Source: Blastocladiella emersonii ATCC 22665
Taxonomy: Eukaryota; Fungi; Blastocladiomycota
Assembly (NCBI GenBank): GCA_025594325.1
Contig: JANHCV010000013.1
Coordinates: 992,001-1,056,000 of the forward strand
Direction of reading: 5' to 3'
Length of the DNA: 64,000 nucleotides
Shown: piece after piece, positions 46,786 through 55,901 of the stretch
Numbering within the stretch: the stretch's first letter is position 1
Layout of the letters: the number at the start of each line of letters is the position of its first letter
The notes under the pieces: model-generated
The model's input: only the letters and a program-made list of their open reading frames with translations
The model's database searches: none
Told to the model about the DNA's origin: nothing
Position numbers and translations under genes: made by a program

Positions 46786-47913
46786 ATGCCAACAGAAAAG
46801 TACCCACACGAGCAGCCACTGACTGAGGATCAGGAGAAGTTTCTGCAAACGCTGTACTACACAAAGTACCCTGGAACTGGTTATAAGGGGCTGTTTGAAG
46901 CAGCTCAACGTGAGCGACCGTCGCAGATGGCGCATCTGTACCGCGCGCAGGTTGATGCATGGCTTAAGAAACAAACTACGTATCAGCTTTACAAACAAGC
47001 ACCTAAACGCGTAGATATCAGACGCACCACAGCGACATCGCCTGGCAAGGTCTTCCAGATCGATCTCTTGGACTTTGGAGGAGAGAACCGCCAGTTTAAA
47101 TCATTCCGTTACGTGATGGTCATGATTGATGTTGCAACGCGTCGCATTCACCTTGCAGCACTTAAAGCAAAAACCGCCGGCTCTTGCTTGAACGCGTTCA
47201 AAGCCATTGTTGCCAAGTACAGCTACTCCAAGCTGGTCATTCACTGTGACAATGGTACAGAATTCAACTCAATAGAGCAACTTCCAAACGTGACAATGGT
47301 GCGTGGCCGTGCAGGATCACCGTATGGACAAGGCATGGTTGAGTCTAAGAACAAAGAGGTACGACGCCACCTCAACATGTGGATGGATGGCACAGGATCC
47401 AAGAATTGGCCAAGTCATTTGCAGCAGTGTGAAGACTCAATCAACAGTCTAACAAAGCGAACCACTGGGCTGTCGCCTGACGAGCTTCATCAAATGTCAG
47501 CAAGTGATGCAAAGGCACACCTTGAAGAGGTTAAGGCACGGAACACAAAACCAGGAGACGTTGGTGACGGCTTACTCAAAGTCGGGACCAAAGTTCGAAC
47601 CAAGGTGCAGTTTAAAAGTGATCTTGACAAAAAGAACAGTAAACTATGGTCTACAGAAGTTTATGAGATCACTGAGGTGCGGAAACCTACTGGCATATCG
47701 ACCGCCAGCTACAAAGTAAATGGCGTTTCGCGATTCTGGAGTCGAAGCGAGCTCCAAGTGATCACTGACACGCAGACGTACACACCTCCGCCCCGCGATC
47801 AGCAAAATCCATTACCAGTCGTCCGGCGAACCTATCAACCGCCTAATCGCCGTGCGCCTTCGACTCGAGTGAGGCGAGTTCCAATCAAATACGCAAACGC
47901 AATCCTATATTAA
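46786..47913 (+). CDS. Retroviral-type (rve, DDE) integrase of Polinton/PLV type
   Basis: FQIDLLDF (D), IHCDNGTEF (D), QGMVESKNK (E); C-terminal KVGTKVR...WSTEVYEITEV domain. Confidence 0.92.
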   Translation: MPTEKYPHEQPLTEDQEKFLQTLYYTKYPGTGYKGLFEAAQRERPSQMAHLYRAQVDAWLKKQTTYQLYKQAPKRVDIRRTTATSPGKVFQIDLLDFGGENRQFKSFRYVMVMIDVATRRIHLAALKAKTAGSCLNAFKAIVAKYSYSKLVIHCDNGTEFNSIEQLPNVTMVRGRAGSPYGQGMVESKNKEVRRHLNMWMDGTGSKNWPSHLQQCEDSINSLTKRTTGLSPDELHQMSASDAKAHLEEVKARNTKPGDVGDGLLKVGTKVRTKVQFKSDLDKKNSKLWSTEVYEITEVRKPTGISTASYKVNGVSRFWSRSELQVITDTQTYTPPPRDQQNPLPVVRRTYQPPNRRAPSTRVRRVPIKYANAILY

Positions 47914-50126
47914 CGAAGGAGGAACAGGTTAATCGTGTAGTGAACGGACTGAGTCAGGGTTCCGCTGAGGTTGTTGCACATCCAGAGACAGCAGTACTGT
48001 TTGCCAGCCTCAAGGTACACTGCGCCGCTCCCGCACATGTATTGGCTGCTTGTGAACTTTGCAATGTTTACCGTTTGCCAGAATACTGAATCTTTCCCTG
48101 CCGGCATGCTGTCAGTTACGTTGAAGATGGATTGCGTGGCCGTGTGTTCAGGTACTGTTGATCCAACAGTGTACCAGTTGAACATGGAAACCATGTACCA
48201 GCCGCTCGTCGACACCGTCCATTGTCCATTTGCAGCACCTGCTGCGAGCAAGGATCCAATAGATGAGTTGACGATTGTTGCCTGTGAGTTTGCACCATTG
48301 ACGTACGCGTACGAACCGTTACTAAAAGAAATCGAGTTACTGTTGATTAGCAGCTGACCATATTTGATTGACGGACCGCTGACCGCAGCCACCGCAGTAT
48401 CCACGTAAGACTTGTTGGTCAAATGGTTTGACAAAGTGGGTGCTGTTGACGCAGAAACTGTTCCAGTCACATCAAGGTTACCAGTAAACTTTGATGCGCC
48501 AGTCACTGCGAACTTGTAGCTGAAATCAGGTTGCTGACCAATGCCGATCGAGTTGCCTGCGTTTGGACACACTGACACGCCGTTCGCGTCCGCTGAGCTG
48601 ATGTGCAGTACTTTGGTGACGGGATCGCAGAAGAGGTTGTTCACGCGGACCCCATTTACCTGCCAATCGATATAACTACCAGAAGTGGCTCCGCTGTTGA
48701 GTTTGATGAAAGGCGATGCTGACGTGTTGGTGAAACTGACGCCTGGAGTAGTCAGCGTACCAGACAGAGTGCACGACTTGTCAGCTGCTGTGAGAGTGAG
48801 CAGTGCGTTCTGGTTGTGGCAGCCAATCACGAAATTGCGATCGCCAACACCCCATGAGTTTAAGCCCATGACCCAAACATCGCCAGTTGTAGTCACTGTA
48901 CCTGCTGCGTTGCGATAGAACGCGGTGCCACACTCGCCGCCGTCAGTGGTATTGTAAACGCGTAGAGATCCACCGTTCGTTGATGCTTTGACATTGCACA
49001 GCCCGTTGACAGTTGTTGCTCCGCCCACATTCAGTGACTTGCTTACCCCAACACCCCCGGCCACTGTCAGCGCGCCATTGGTAGATGATGTTGAATCTGT
49101 GGTGTTACTGACTGCAATGACGTTTGAAGGGACCCACTGCGACACACCGGCGATCGCAGAGTTGAGTTGGCCAAGGGTTACTACGTGCGAGCTCACTGTG
49201 CCGTTGGCCGCGGTCAATGTACCTGAAACCGTTGCTGATCCACCCACGCTGAGCCCTTTCGCAATACCAAGTCCGCCAGACAACGTCAACGCGCCAGTTA
49301 CTGAGCTGACTGTATCAGTCGTGTTGCTGAAGGCCCATGCGTTGCTGAGCGGCAGAGCAGATTGCGAGAGCGTGCCAGTGAGCTTACTTGCTGAAACTCC
49401 AGTGATGAGAGCGTCGCTGACCGACACGCCAGTGACCTTTGACCATCCGATCCCAGTGATTTTTGCGTCAGTAACTGAGCCATCGCCGATCGCCGTTGCA
49501 GGGATTGTGCCAGTGATTTTGCTGCCACTGACTGTAAGGACGGACGTGTCAGGAACCCTGAGCAGGCCGCTTGGGATTGCACCTGTCAGCTTGCTGCTAT
49601 CCACGGAGATCAATCGCGAACTGGCTATGGTGCTGTCAGCAAAGGCCGTCGCGGCGAGCGTGCCAGTGAGCTTGGTAGTTGGGACTGTGGTCAAAGCGGT
49701 ACTTGGGATGGTGTTGTCGGCGATTACCGCGCCTGACAGTGACGTGACTTTGCTGCTTACGTCTGGAATTGCACTTAGACCAAGCGTCCCTGCAATCTTG
49801 CTGCCGTCAATGCCAGAAGACAAGTGACTGTTGTTGATCGCGCCTGACTTGATTGTGAGGGACGAATCCACCGTTGCAAACACTGTTGGATCTGCCTTGA
49901 GCGACACGTTGTTGGATACGATTTGCAGCGGGGCTGTGGTCGTGATGGAGGGTGCAACTCCAGCAACAACGTCAGCGACCTTTTGATCCACGTAACCCTT
50001 CGTTGCGGCTTGCGATGCGCTTGTAGGCATGACCAAATTGAGTTGAGTGATGATGGCGTCAAGATCTTCGTTACTGAATGACTGCGAGCCGCTCTGTCTC
50101 GTTTCGTTGAAGATATTCATCGACAT
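47910..50126 (-). CDS. Fiber/receptor-binding protein with shaft repeats and a C1q/TNF-like head
   Basis: ATKGYVD and TNKSYVD, repeated xSKLTGTL, two NTTD..S..GALT..GG.G..K.L.VGG repeats; C-terminal WTVSTSGWYMVS...VYLEAGKQY. Confidence 0.7.
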   Translation of the reverse strand: MSMNIFNETRQSGSQSFSNEDLDAIITQLNLVMPTSASQAATKGYVDQKVADVVAGVAPSITTTAPLQIVSNNVSLKADPTVFATVDSSLTIKSGAINNSHLSSGIDGSKIAGTLGLSAIPDVSSKVTSLSGAVIADNTIPSTALTTVPTTKLTGTLAATAFADSTIASSRLISVDSSKLTGAIPSGLLRVPDTSVLTVSGSKITGTIPATAIGDGSVTDAKITGIGWSKVTGVSVSDALITGVSASKLTGTLSQSALPLSNAWAFSNTTDTVSSVTGALTLSGGLGIAKGLSVGGSATVSGTLTAANGTVSSHVVTLGQLNSAIAGVSQWVPSNVIAVSNTTDSTSSTNGALTVAGGVGVSKSLNVGGATTVNGLCNVKASTNGGSLRVYNTTDGGECGTAFYRNAAGTVTTTGDVWVMGLNSWGVGDRNFVIGCHNQNALLTLTAADKSCTLSGTLTTPGVSFTNTSASPFIKLNSGATSGSYIDWQVNGVRVNNLFCDPVTKVLHISSADANGVSVCPNAGNSIGIGQQPDFSYKFAVTGASKFTGNLDVTGTVSASTAPTLSNHLTNKSYVDTAVAAVSGPSIKYGQLLINSNSISFSNGSYAYVNGANSQATIVNSSIGSLLAAGAANGQWTVSTSGWYMVSMFNWYTVGSTVPEHTATQSIFNVTDSMPAGKDSVFWQTVNIAKFTSSQYMCGSGAVYLEAGKQYCCLWMCNNLSGTLTQSVHYTINLFLLR

Positions 50127-50142
50127 TTTTTTATGTTACCAT

Positions 50143-50472
50143 ATGCTAAGAAATAAACTGGACAAGTTCAAGCTTGCAACCCTTGACTTTGACGATCAGT
50201 ACCGTCTGCTCACTGGCACTCTGGAGCCGCCATACGCGTGGGCTGTCAAGTCGCAAGCGAAGAAACAGAAATGGATCAACCGCACTTTGAAGCGACGCGG
50301 ACTTTGGCTTGCGCACAACCATGAAGGAGATCGCGCTGCAGCTCAGCGAATGCGCATGAAAGTCGAACTCGTGCGCCGCGAACGCGAACGCATGTCCAAT
50401 ATTTATGCACAACTTGGATTGCGCAAGAACATCAGTGGGAAAACGACGCAATTGCACGAATCACTGATGTAA
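50143..50472 (+). CDS. Small basic hypothetical viral protein (109 aa)
   Basis: ATG 50143 follows a T-tract like neighbouring viral genes; K/R-rich. Confidence 0.55.
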   Translation: MLRNKLDKFKLATLDFDDQYRLLTGTLEPPYAWAVKSQAKKQKWINRTLKRRGLWLAHNHEGDRAAAQRMRMKVELVRRERERMSNIYAQLGLRKNISGKTTQLHESLM

Positions 50473-50473
50473 A

Positions 50474-50685
50474 GTGCACAGAAACAGCGCAAAACTGCGC
50501 AAATGCACAGAAATTAGTGCACAGAAACAGCGCAAAACTGCGCACTGCACAGAAATTAGTGCACAGAAACAGCGCAAAACTGCGCAATGCACAGAAATTA
50601 GTGCACAGAAACTGCGCAAAACTGCGCAAAACTGCGCACTGCACAGAAATTAGTGCACAGAAACTGCGCAAAACTGCGCACTGCA
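50474..50685. repeat. About 5 copies of a 42-bp tandem repeat GTGCACAGAAAC(A/T)GCGCAAAACTGCGCA(C/A)TGCACAGAAATTA
   Basis: Directly visible; fills the only long internal non-coding gap of the virus. Confidence 0.9.
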
Positions 50686-50713
50686 AACTTTTTTTCCACC
50701 GTTACAGTAAACA

Positions 50714-52315
50714 ATGGGAAAATCACCACAACGCAAACCACGACCACGCAAATCTGCGCCATCAAAGCAATCGCCACTGCGAGACGGCGCATCACTTGCC
50801 TCGTACAAAGAAGTGTCATTGAAGAGGTTTAGGAGCAAGGAGAGCGCAGTATCGCGGATTAACAAAGAGTTCCCAGGTCTTTCTGCATTCATGGAGGGAA
50901 CCAAGATCGTCGTGGATGTTGATGGTAAGCAATTTTACTTTCACACACTTCCACAGTTGCAAGAGTCGTTTCAGCACATCATTGATGGCGGCGAACTACC
51001 TGCAGCAAACGACCCAAGATCAAGCAAAAAAGACGTTGAACGTGCAATCAAGGACTTGATTCGCACACCCAAACAAATTGAGATTGAAACCACTGGCCCA
51101 TCGCCGTCGAGCTCTCGCAAGCGAATCCCCATTCCGTCCAGCCGCCCAAAGGAACTCGAAGTGGTTGATGTGGACGCTGATGGCGACCAATCCATGGACG
51201 AGGCACAAGTCGATAACTCGCAGGCCATGATCCCAGTGCTGCCATCGCAAGTGCAATTCTCTGCTCCAATTGAGTCAGGTCCAGTAGTCGTATCTACCTC
51301 TACAGAAACACAAGTAGTAACTGGCGATTCAAGTCAGTACGCATCTGTCAGCGTCACTCCAAACGTGGGATCAGGTCCAGTAGTTAGTGTCGGCGATCAG
51401 TCAGTGGTGATCCCTCAAATGGGCAACAGTGCAGTCACGCCACCAAGTCAGTTCTACAAGGAGGGCCACGTGCCTGGTGTCGAGTACAGTCAGAACAACG
51501 CGTTCACTTTCACTCAAGTCAATAACCAAACAAACAACAGTACATCTAACGTTGTGAACAACACTCAAATCGACAACCGCCAAACCTTTGTTGATAGTCG
51601 CACGAGTAATGTTATCAACCAGTTCACCAACGTGTCAACGACTGCTGCGCTTCCACAAGAGTTCCTGTCTGGGCTAACGAACGCGTTCCAGACCATTTAC
51701 GACAACATTGGCACTGCAGCTGATCGCCAACGGCTGGCGGAGGAATACACACAGGAGCTACTCCAACAGCAGACGATCAAGAGCAACCAAGAAATGCAAA
51801 CCCTTGCGCAAGAGCTCATTGACGCTTCACGGAGACAGAGTAATGCTGTCGTTGCGGCAGTCAACGCGCAGACTGCGTCGCTACAGAGCGTCAACAAAGC
51901 AATTGAATCGACCGGCGACACGATCGTCCAAGCGCAGCAAGCAGCGGCAAGCTCAACACAGGCGGCTGTTGGTCAGAGCACTCAGAGCATCATTGACGCG
52001 ATTCGCAGTATTCCCGTCCCTGAGTCTGGAGACGCCGGCGTCCGCGATGAACTTGCAAAGCTGTCAGAGCAACTAACCGCCACGATTAAAAATTCTGGTG
52101 GTAATAGTAACAACGCCGACATGGAGAAAATCCTCAATGAAATGCTCAGGGTCATGAAGATCCAGAACAAGTCCGCGCTGAAGAAGCAAAGTCTCTACGA
52201 GAACCGCATGACTGGGCTGTACTCAAGTCCGTCTGTCGTGCCAGTCTCGTTCAAACCACCTCCACGCAAGATCATGGATCTGCCCAAGATCAAGACTGCT
52301 CAGGTCAAATGGTGA
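50714..52315 (+). CDS. Hypothetical viral protein (533 aa): basic N-terminus, S/T/N/Q-rich middle, coiled coil
   Basis: Intact ORF just upstream of the morphogenesis block; no family recognised. Confidence 0.7.
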   Translation: MGKSPQRKPRPRKSAPSKQSPLRDGASLASYKEVSLKRFRSKESAVSRINKEFPGLSAFMEGTKIVVDVDGKQFYFHTLPQLQESFQHIIDGGELPAANDPRSSKKDVERAIKDLIRTPKQIEIETTGPSPSSSRKRIPIPSSRPKELEVVDVDADGDQSMDEAQVDNSQAMIPVLPSQVQFSAPIESGPVVVSTSTETQVVTGDSSQYASVSVTPNVGSGPVVSVGDQSVVIPQMGNSAVTPPSQFYKEGHVPGVEYSQNNAFTFTQVNNQTNNSTSNVVNNTQIDNRQTFVDSRTSNVINQFTNVSTTAALPQEFLSGLTNAFQTIYDNIGTAADRQRLAEEYTQELLQQQTIKSNQEMQTLAQELIDASRRQSNAVVAAVNAQTASLQSVNKAIESTGDTIVQAQQAAASSTQAAVGQSTQSIIDAIRSIPVPESGDAGVRDELAKLSEQLTATIKNSGGNSNNADMEKILNEMLRVMKIQNKSALKKQSLYENRMTGLYSSPSVVPVSFKPPPRKIMDLPKIKTAQVKW

Positions 52316-52340
52316 TTTTTTTCTCAACACAATAGTTATA

Positions 52341-53138
52341 ATGACACAACGCACTTTTGATATCGTACCAGTTGACGATGGTCAATTCAGTCAAAAAAAC
52401 AAAGACCCAGTCCCGATCCTGCTCCCAGAGTTCTCGCTCATGTTGCTTGGAGGCAAGGGCCAGGGAAAGTCCACTATCATCTACAATTTGCTTGCTGGCG
52501 AGGCGTTTTATCGCAGTTACTTTGATCGTATTGTAATCTTCTGTCCAACGCTGTGGTCAGACGCAAAGTATCGCAAGCTGCTCAAGGAACACACGCTGCG
52601 TAAACGCAAAGTGGATTATCCAGATGGAACGGCGCCCGTGGGCAATGACAATGATCCAGACGCGCAATGCATCCGCGAGTACTACACTGAGCCGCGGAGG
52701 TTCATGCCGGAACTCAACACGCTTCGCGACGCTTACAAAAAGAAGTTTGAGGAGACACATGACAAGGAAACTCTGCCACGCACGCTCATGATTTTCGACG
52801 ATTGCCTTGGGCTCAAGTTCCTCAAAGACCCCGACCTGCAGAACTTTATTGCTAACAGTCGACACTACCGCTGTTCGGTAATCTTTAGTGTGCAGTACTG
52901 GACCAGCATTCCACCAGCCATTCGTGAAAACAACAGCGGAGTGATTCTCTTCCCTACATGGAACCGCGCGCAGCTGGAGAAAATTTACTTGGAAAACGCA
53001 TCAAAGCTGAGCAAGCAGGCGTTCTTTGACATGGTAGAAGATCTCTTTGACCAACCTGGTCGGCCTTTCCTCGTGATCAACAACCAAAATTCAATAGAGT
53101 ATCGTTTCAACGACTCGTTTAAGCACTGGTTGCAATGA
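52341..53138 (+). CDS. A32/FtsK-HerA-like genome-packaging ATPase
   Basis: Walker A GGKGQGKS, Walker B LMIFDD, A32 signature SRHYRCSVIFSVQYWTSIPPAIREN. Confidence 0.93.
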   Translation: MTQRTFDIVPVDDGQFSQKNKDPVPILLPEFSLMLLGGKGQGKSTIIYNLLAGEAFYRSYFDRIVIFCPTLWSDAKYRKLLKEHTLRKRKVDYPDGTAPVGNDNDPDAQCIREYYTEPRRFMPELNTLRDAYKKKFEETHDKETLPRTLMIFDDCLGLKFLKDPDLQNFIANSRHYRCSVIFSVQYWTSIPPAIRENNSGVILFPTWNRAQLEKIYLENASKLSKQAFFDMVEDLFDQPGRPFLVINNQNSIEYRFNDSFKHWLQ

Positions 53139-53174
53139 AACTTTTTTTTTCTTGCGTGTAACTAAACCACACAA

Positions 53175-54434
53175 ATGGCTACCAGTCCCCGTAAGTTTAA
53201 CGAGATCACTCCAGTGACAGCTGATCCCTTCACCCAGTTTGACGTGCCCAAGATGGCTCCTGACGGCGAGCGCGTTTCAACGCAATTTCCTTCAAGCAAT
53301 GGGTCATGGTTCATTGGCGGTCGGTCCATCCGCATTCCCATTCCCAATGTGTCGCTGTTCATGGACACAAAGACGTCAGGTGTAGTGCTCAAGGCCAAGA
53401 CCGTCATCCCCAAGACGCGCTTCTCAGAGGGCATTCACTGCATTGTCAAGACACTCAACGTCTACGCCAAGAACAACCAGCTCATTGAGTCGATTTCAGG
53501 GTACAACCTGATTGCCAGCTGCCTCGCTGGTATGACCGTGACCCAGGATCTGCGATCAGGTCCGCTTGCCATCTCGCAGGGTTATAACAAGGGTGACGCC
53601 ACCGACGACACTGTCCAGATGACGTACTTCCTTCCGCTCACACTGTCTGCCATCCTTGGCAACGGCAAGGCGCTCCCTCTCAAGTACTTTGGCGGTCTTG
53701 TCGTTGAAATTGTCCTTGAGGACGCCGTCAAGTGCCTTGTGCGCCAACAAGGCGTCGACGTGACCAAAACGATCAGTAATAGCTCATACAGCGTTGAGGA
53801 TCCGTATTACCTCGCTAACTGCATTAGTTACAGCGACATGCAAGACGCAATCTACGATCAGGCGTTCCTGGAGAGTGGTCTGACGCTCTATGGCTCAACA
53901 TATGCCCTGTCCCCCCTCATGTGGAACACGCCAGCTGCACAGCTTGCGATCTCAAATCGCGACGCAAGCATCAAGGACATTACTGTGATCACCCAGCTCA
54001 AGGACGTCGTGGATGGCGACGCCATCAATGTGGACAAGTTCCTCAGATACAGTAACATTATCAAGAGTGCTCAGTGGAGCTGCGCGGGCAAGCTGACACC
54101 AGCTACTCCACTTGCCAGCGACAAGCTCCAGTCAGCCTTCTTCCAGGAGGCCCAAGACGCACTGCATCATCGAGCCCTTGGTTGGCGAATGACTCCTGCA
54201 CTTTGGGCTGCCGCTACACCCACTGATGATTCTTCGTTTGTGCTCATGCGCGAATTCGAGTCGAGTCGCACGCTGATCAGCGGTCTGTCGCTGCACAAAG
54301 AGAAGAACGTGGATATCTATGCTCAAGTCGCCACGCTTGCAGCGGCCCATCCGCAGTGCTACGTCTCGGCGTACGTTCATCTGGACTATATGGTCACCTT
54401 CAAGCCCGATGGCTCTGTTGAAGTTACCCGCTAA
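53175..54434 (+). CDS. Major capsid protein (double jelly-roll, predicted)
   Basis: 419-aa beta-rich ORF directly after the ATPase; SIRIPIP...LIESISGYNLI pattern resembles PLV MCPs; fold not verified. Confidence 0.8.
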   Translation: MATSPRKFNEITPVTADPFTQFDVPKMAPDGERVSTQFPSSNGSWFIGGRSIRIPIPNVSLFMDTKTSGVVLKAKTVIPKTRFSEGIHCIVKTLNVYAKNNQLIESISGYNLIASCLAGMTVTQDLRSGPLAISQGYNKGDATDDTVQMTYFLPLTLSAILGNGKALPLKYFGGLVVEIVLEDAVKCLVRQQGVDVTKTISNSSYSVEDPYYLANCISYSDMQDAIYDQAFLESGLTLYGSTYALSPLMWNTPAAQLAISNRDASIKDITVITQLKDVVDGDAINVDKFLRYSNIIKSAQWSCAGKLTPATPLASDKLQSAFFQEAQDALHHRALGWRMTPALWAAATPTDDSSFVLMREFESSRTLISGLSLHKEKNVDIYAQVATLAAAHPQCYVSAYVHLDYMVTFKPDGSVEVTR

Positions 54435-54472
54435 ATTGAAAGACCACTACCGATATTTATTTTCTTACCCAT

Positions 54473-54733
54473 ATGTTAACCCCCAACATGTGGTTAAAGA
54501 ATATCTGGACCAACTTTACTCAACCGCTCAAAACAACACTCATGAACGCTGGTCGCGTGCTGAACGCAAACGCCCCACACATCATCCATGGCATCAAAAC
54601 AGTTGCTCGATGGGCGGGCAACTTCAACCCTGCATGGAGTCCAGTCACCGATCTTGTTCAACGAGGCGCCGACCTCGCACAGGATGCGTGGGACTACTAC
54701 AATAGGGTGGAGCCAGGTGGAGGCGGAAATTAA
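54473..54733 (+). CDS. Small amphipathic virion-associated protein (86 aa)
   Basis: Lies between MCP and penton; Trp-rich amphipathic segments; PGGGGN C-terminus. Confidence 0.6.
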   Translation: MLTPNMWLKNIWTNFTQPLKTTLMNAGRVLNANAPHIIHGIKTVARWAGNFNPAWSPVTDLVQRGADLAQDAWDYYNRVEPGGGGN

Positions 54734-54755
54734 TTCTCGTGACTAATGGTAAACC

Positions 54756-55520
54756 ATGATCGACAACACCAACTACAAATCAGTGACTATTTGCTCAAGT
54801 GACCTCGTCCAGGATCGCTTCCAGTTGCCTCAGCCCATTGCCGTTCGTGCAGTTCGTGTCAACAGCGCATTCTTTTGTCATTCGTGGTACAACGTCACCC
54901 TTGAAAAGAACACAGTGTATCTAACGCAGAAGACGTCTCTCGGTGTACTTAAGCCAGGCAAGGTGTCAATCGCCCCAGGGAACTATAGCGCGTCGTCATT
55001 CTGTGTTGCGCTCAAGGCGGCACTTAATTCTCAGGTGGGCGTTGCGCCAACGTTCTGGAATGGATCGTTTGATGTTGCGCTGAACTCGGTCACCAACACG
55101 CTCTATGTGACAAATTCGAGCGGCGATCCATTCATGTTCGTGCCTGGAGACAATAACATGTACGATCTCATGGGCTTCAACAAACTGACCAATTTCTATG
55201 GCAACATACAACAGGGGATCGATGCAATTAACCTCGTGGATACCAAAATTGTGAATGTGCGTTCTATTAATCTGGGCACAGTGCTAAACGACAACATTCA
55301 CAGCTCTTTCCCCAACGATAACAGCATCTTGTGTTCGTTCTACGTGCTGAGTCCAAGCGGATACTACTCAGAGTACCGCCCACATCAATCAAGTTACATG
55401 CACATGAGCCGCGACCAACCAGTGTTGATCAGTCACATTGATCTCATGCTCTGCGATGAGCGACTCCAGAAGCTCAACTTCATGGGCGCAGAGTGGTACG
55501 TCACGATTGACTTTCTGTGA
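54756..55520 (+). CDS. Minor capsid protein (penton, single jelly-roll, predicted)
   Basis: 254 aa; SWYNV, ISHIDLMLCDERLQKLNFMG..WYVTIDF resemble Polinton/PLV penton C-termini; position after the MCP. Confidence 0.75.
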   Translation: MIDNTNYKSVTICSSDLVQDRFQLPQPIAVRAVRVNSAFFCHSWYNVTLEKNTVYLTQKTSLGVLKPGKVSIAPGNYSASSFCVALKAALNSQVGVAPTFWNGSFDVALNSVTNTLYVTNSSGDPFMFVPGDNNMYDLMGFNKLTNFYGNIQQGIDAINLVDTKIVNVRSINLGTVLNDNIHSSFPNDNSILCSFYVLSPSGYYSEYRPHQSSYMHMSRDQPVLISHIDLMLCDERLQKLNFMGAEWYVTIDFL

Positions 55521-55546
55521 TTTTTTTTCATGGTGTGTAGTAAACC

Positions 55547-55642
55547 ATGCTTGACATCATCATTCTTGGTATCAACGTAGCAATCCTCCTTAGCCAGTTC
55601 GCGATCATTGGCTACCAGCAGAGCGAAAAAAAGCGCGAGTGA
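55547..55642 (+). CDS. 31-aa single-pass membrane micro-protein (below the ORF-track cutoff)
   Basis: MLDIIILGINVAILLSQFAIIGYQQSEKKRE*; preceded by the T-tract...GTAAACCATG motif shared with other viral genes. Confidence 0.55.
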   Translation: MLDIIILGINVAILLSQFAIIGYQQSEKKRE

Positions 55643-55901
55643 AACGCACCAAACGCACCAAACGCACTGCATACGATCATTATTTTCTGGTGCCAACTGT
55701 AAATGGACACTCCTGCACGCAGATCACCAACCAAGGCTCAAGAAGCCTCCCGAAAGACATCCCGTAAGGAGAAGCCTGCAAAGGAGCCAGCGAAGCCATA
55801 CCGCATTGCGATTCGCGGCAAGCTCGCTCCAGGTGAGGTCTACCGTGTCTTGTTCTACTGAACACATTCAAACGTGATTCATGTTACCTTTGAATGATCT
55901 G

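Noticed and set aside
55724-55867. 47-aa hydrophobic minus-strand ORF in the virus
   Set aside because: Lacks the start-context motif of neighbouring genes; short enough to arise by chance.
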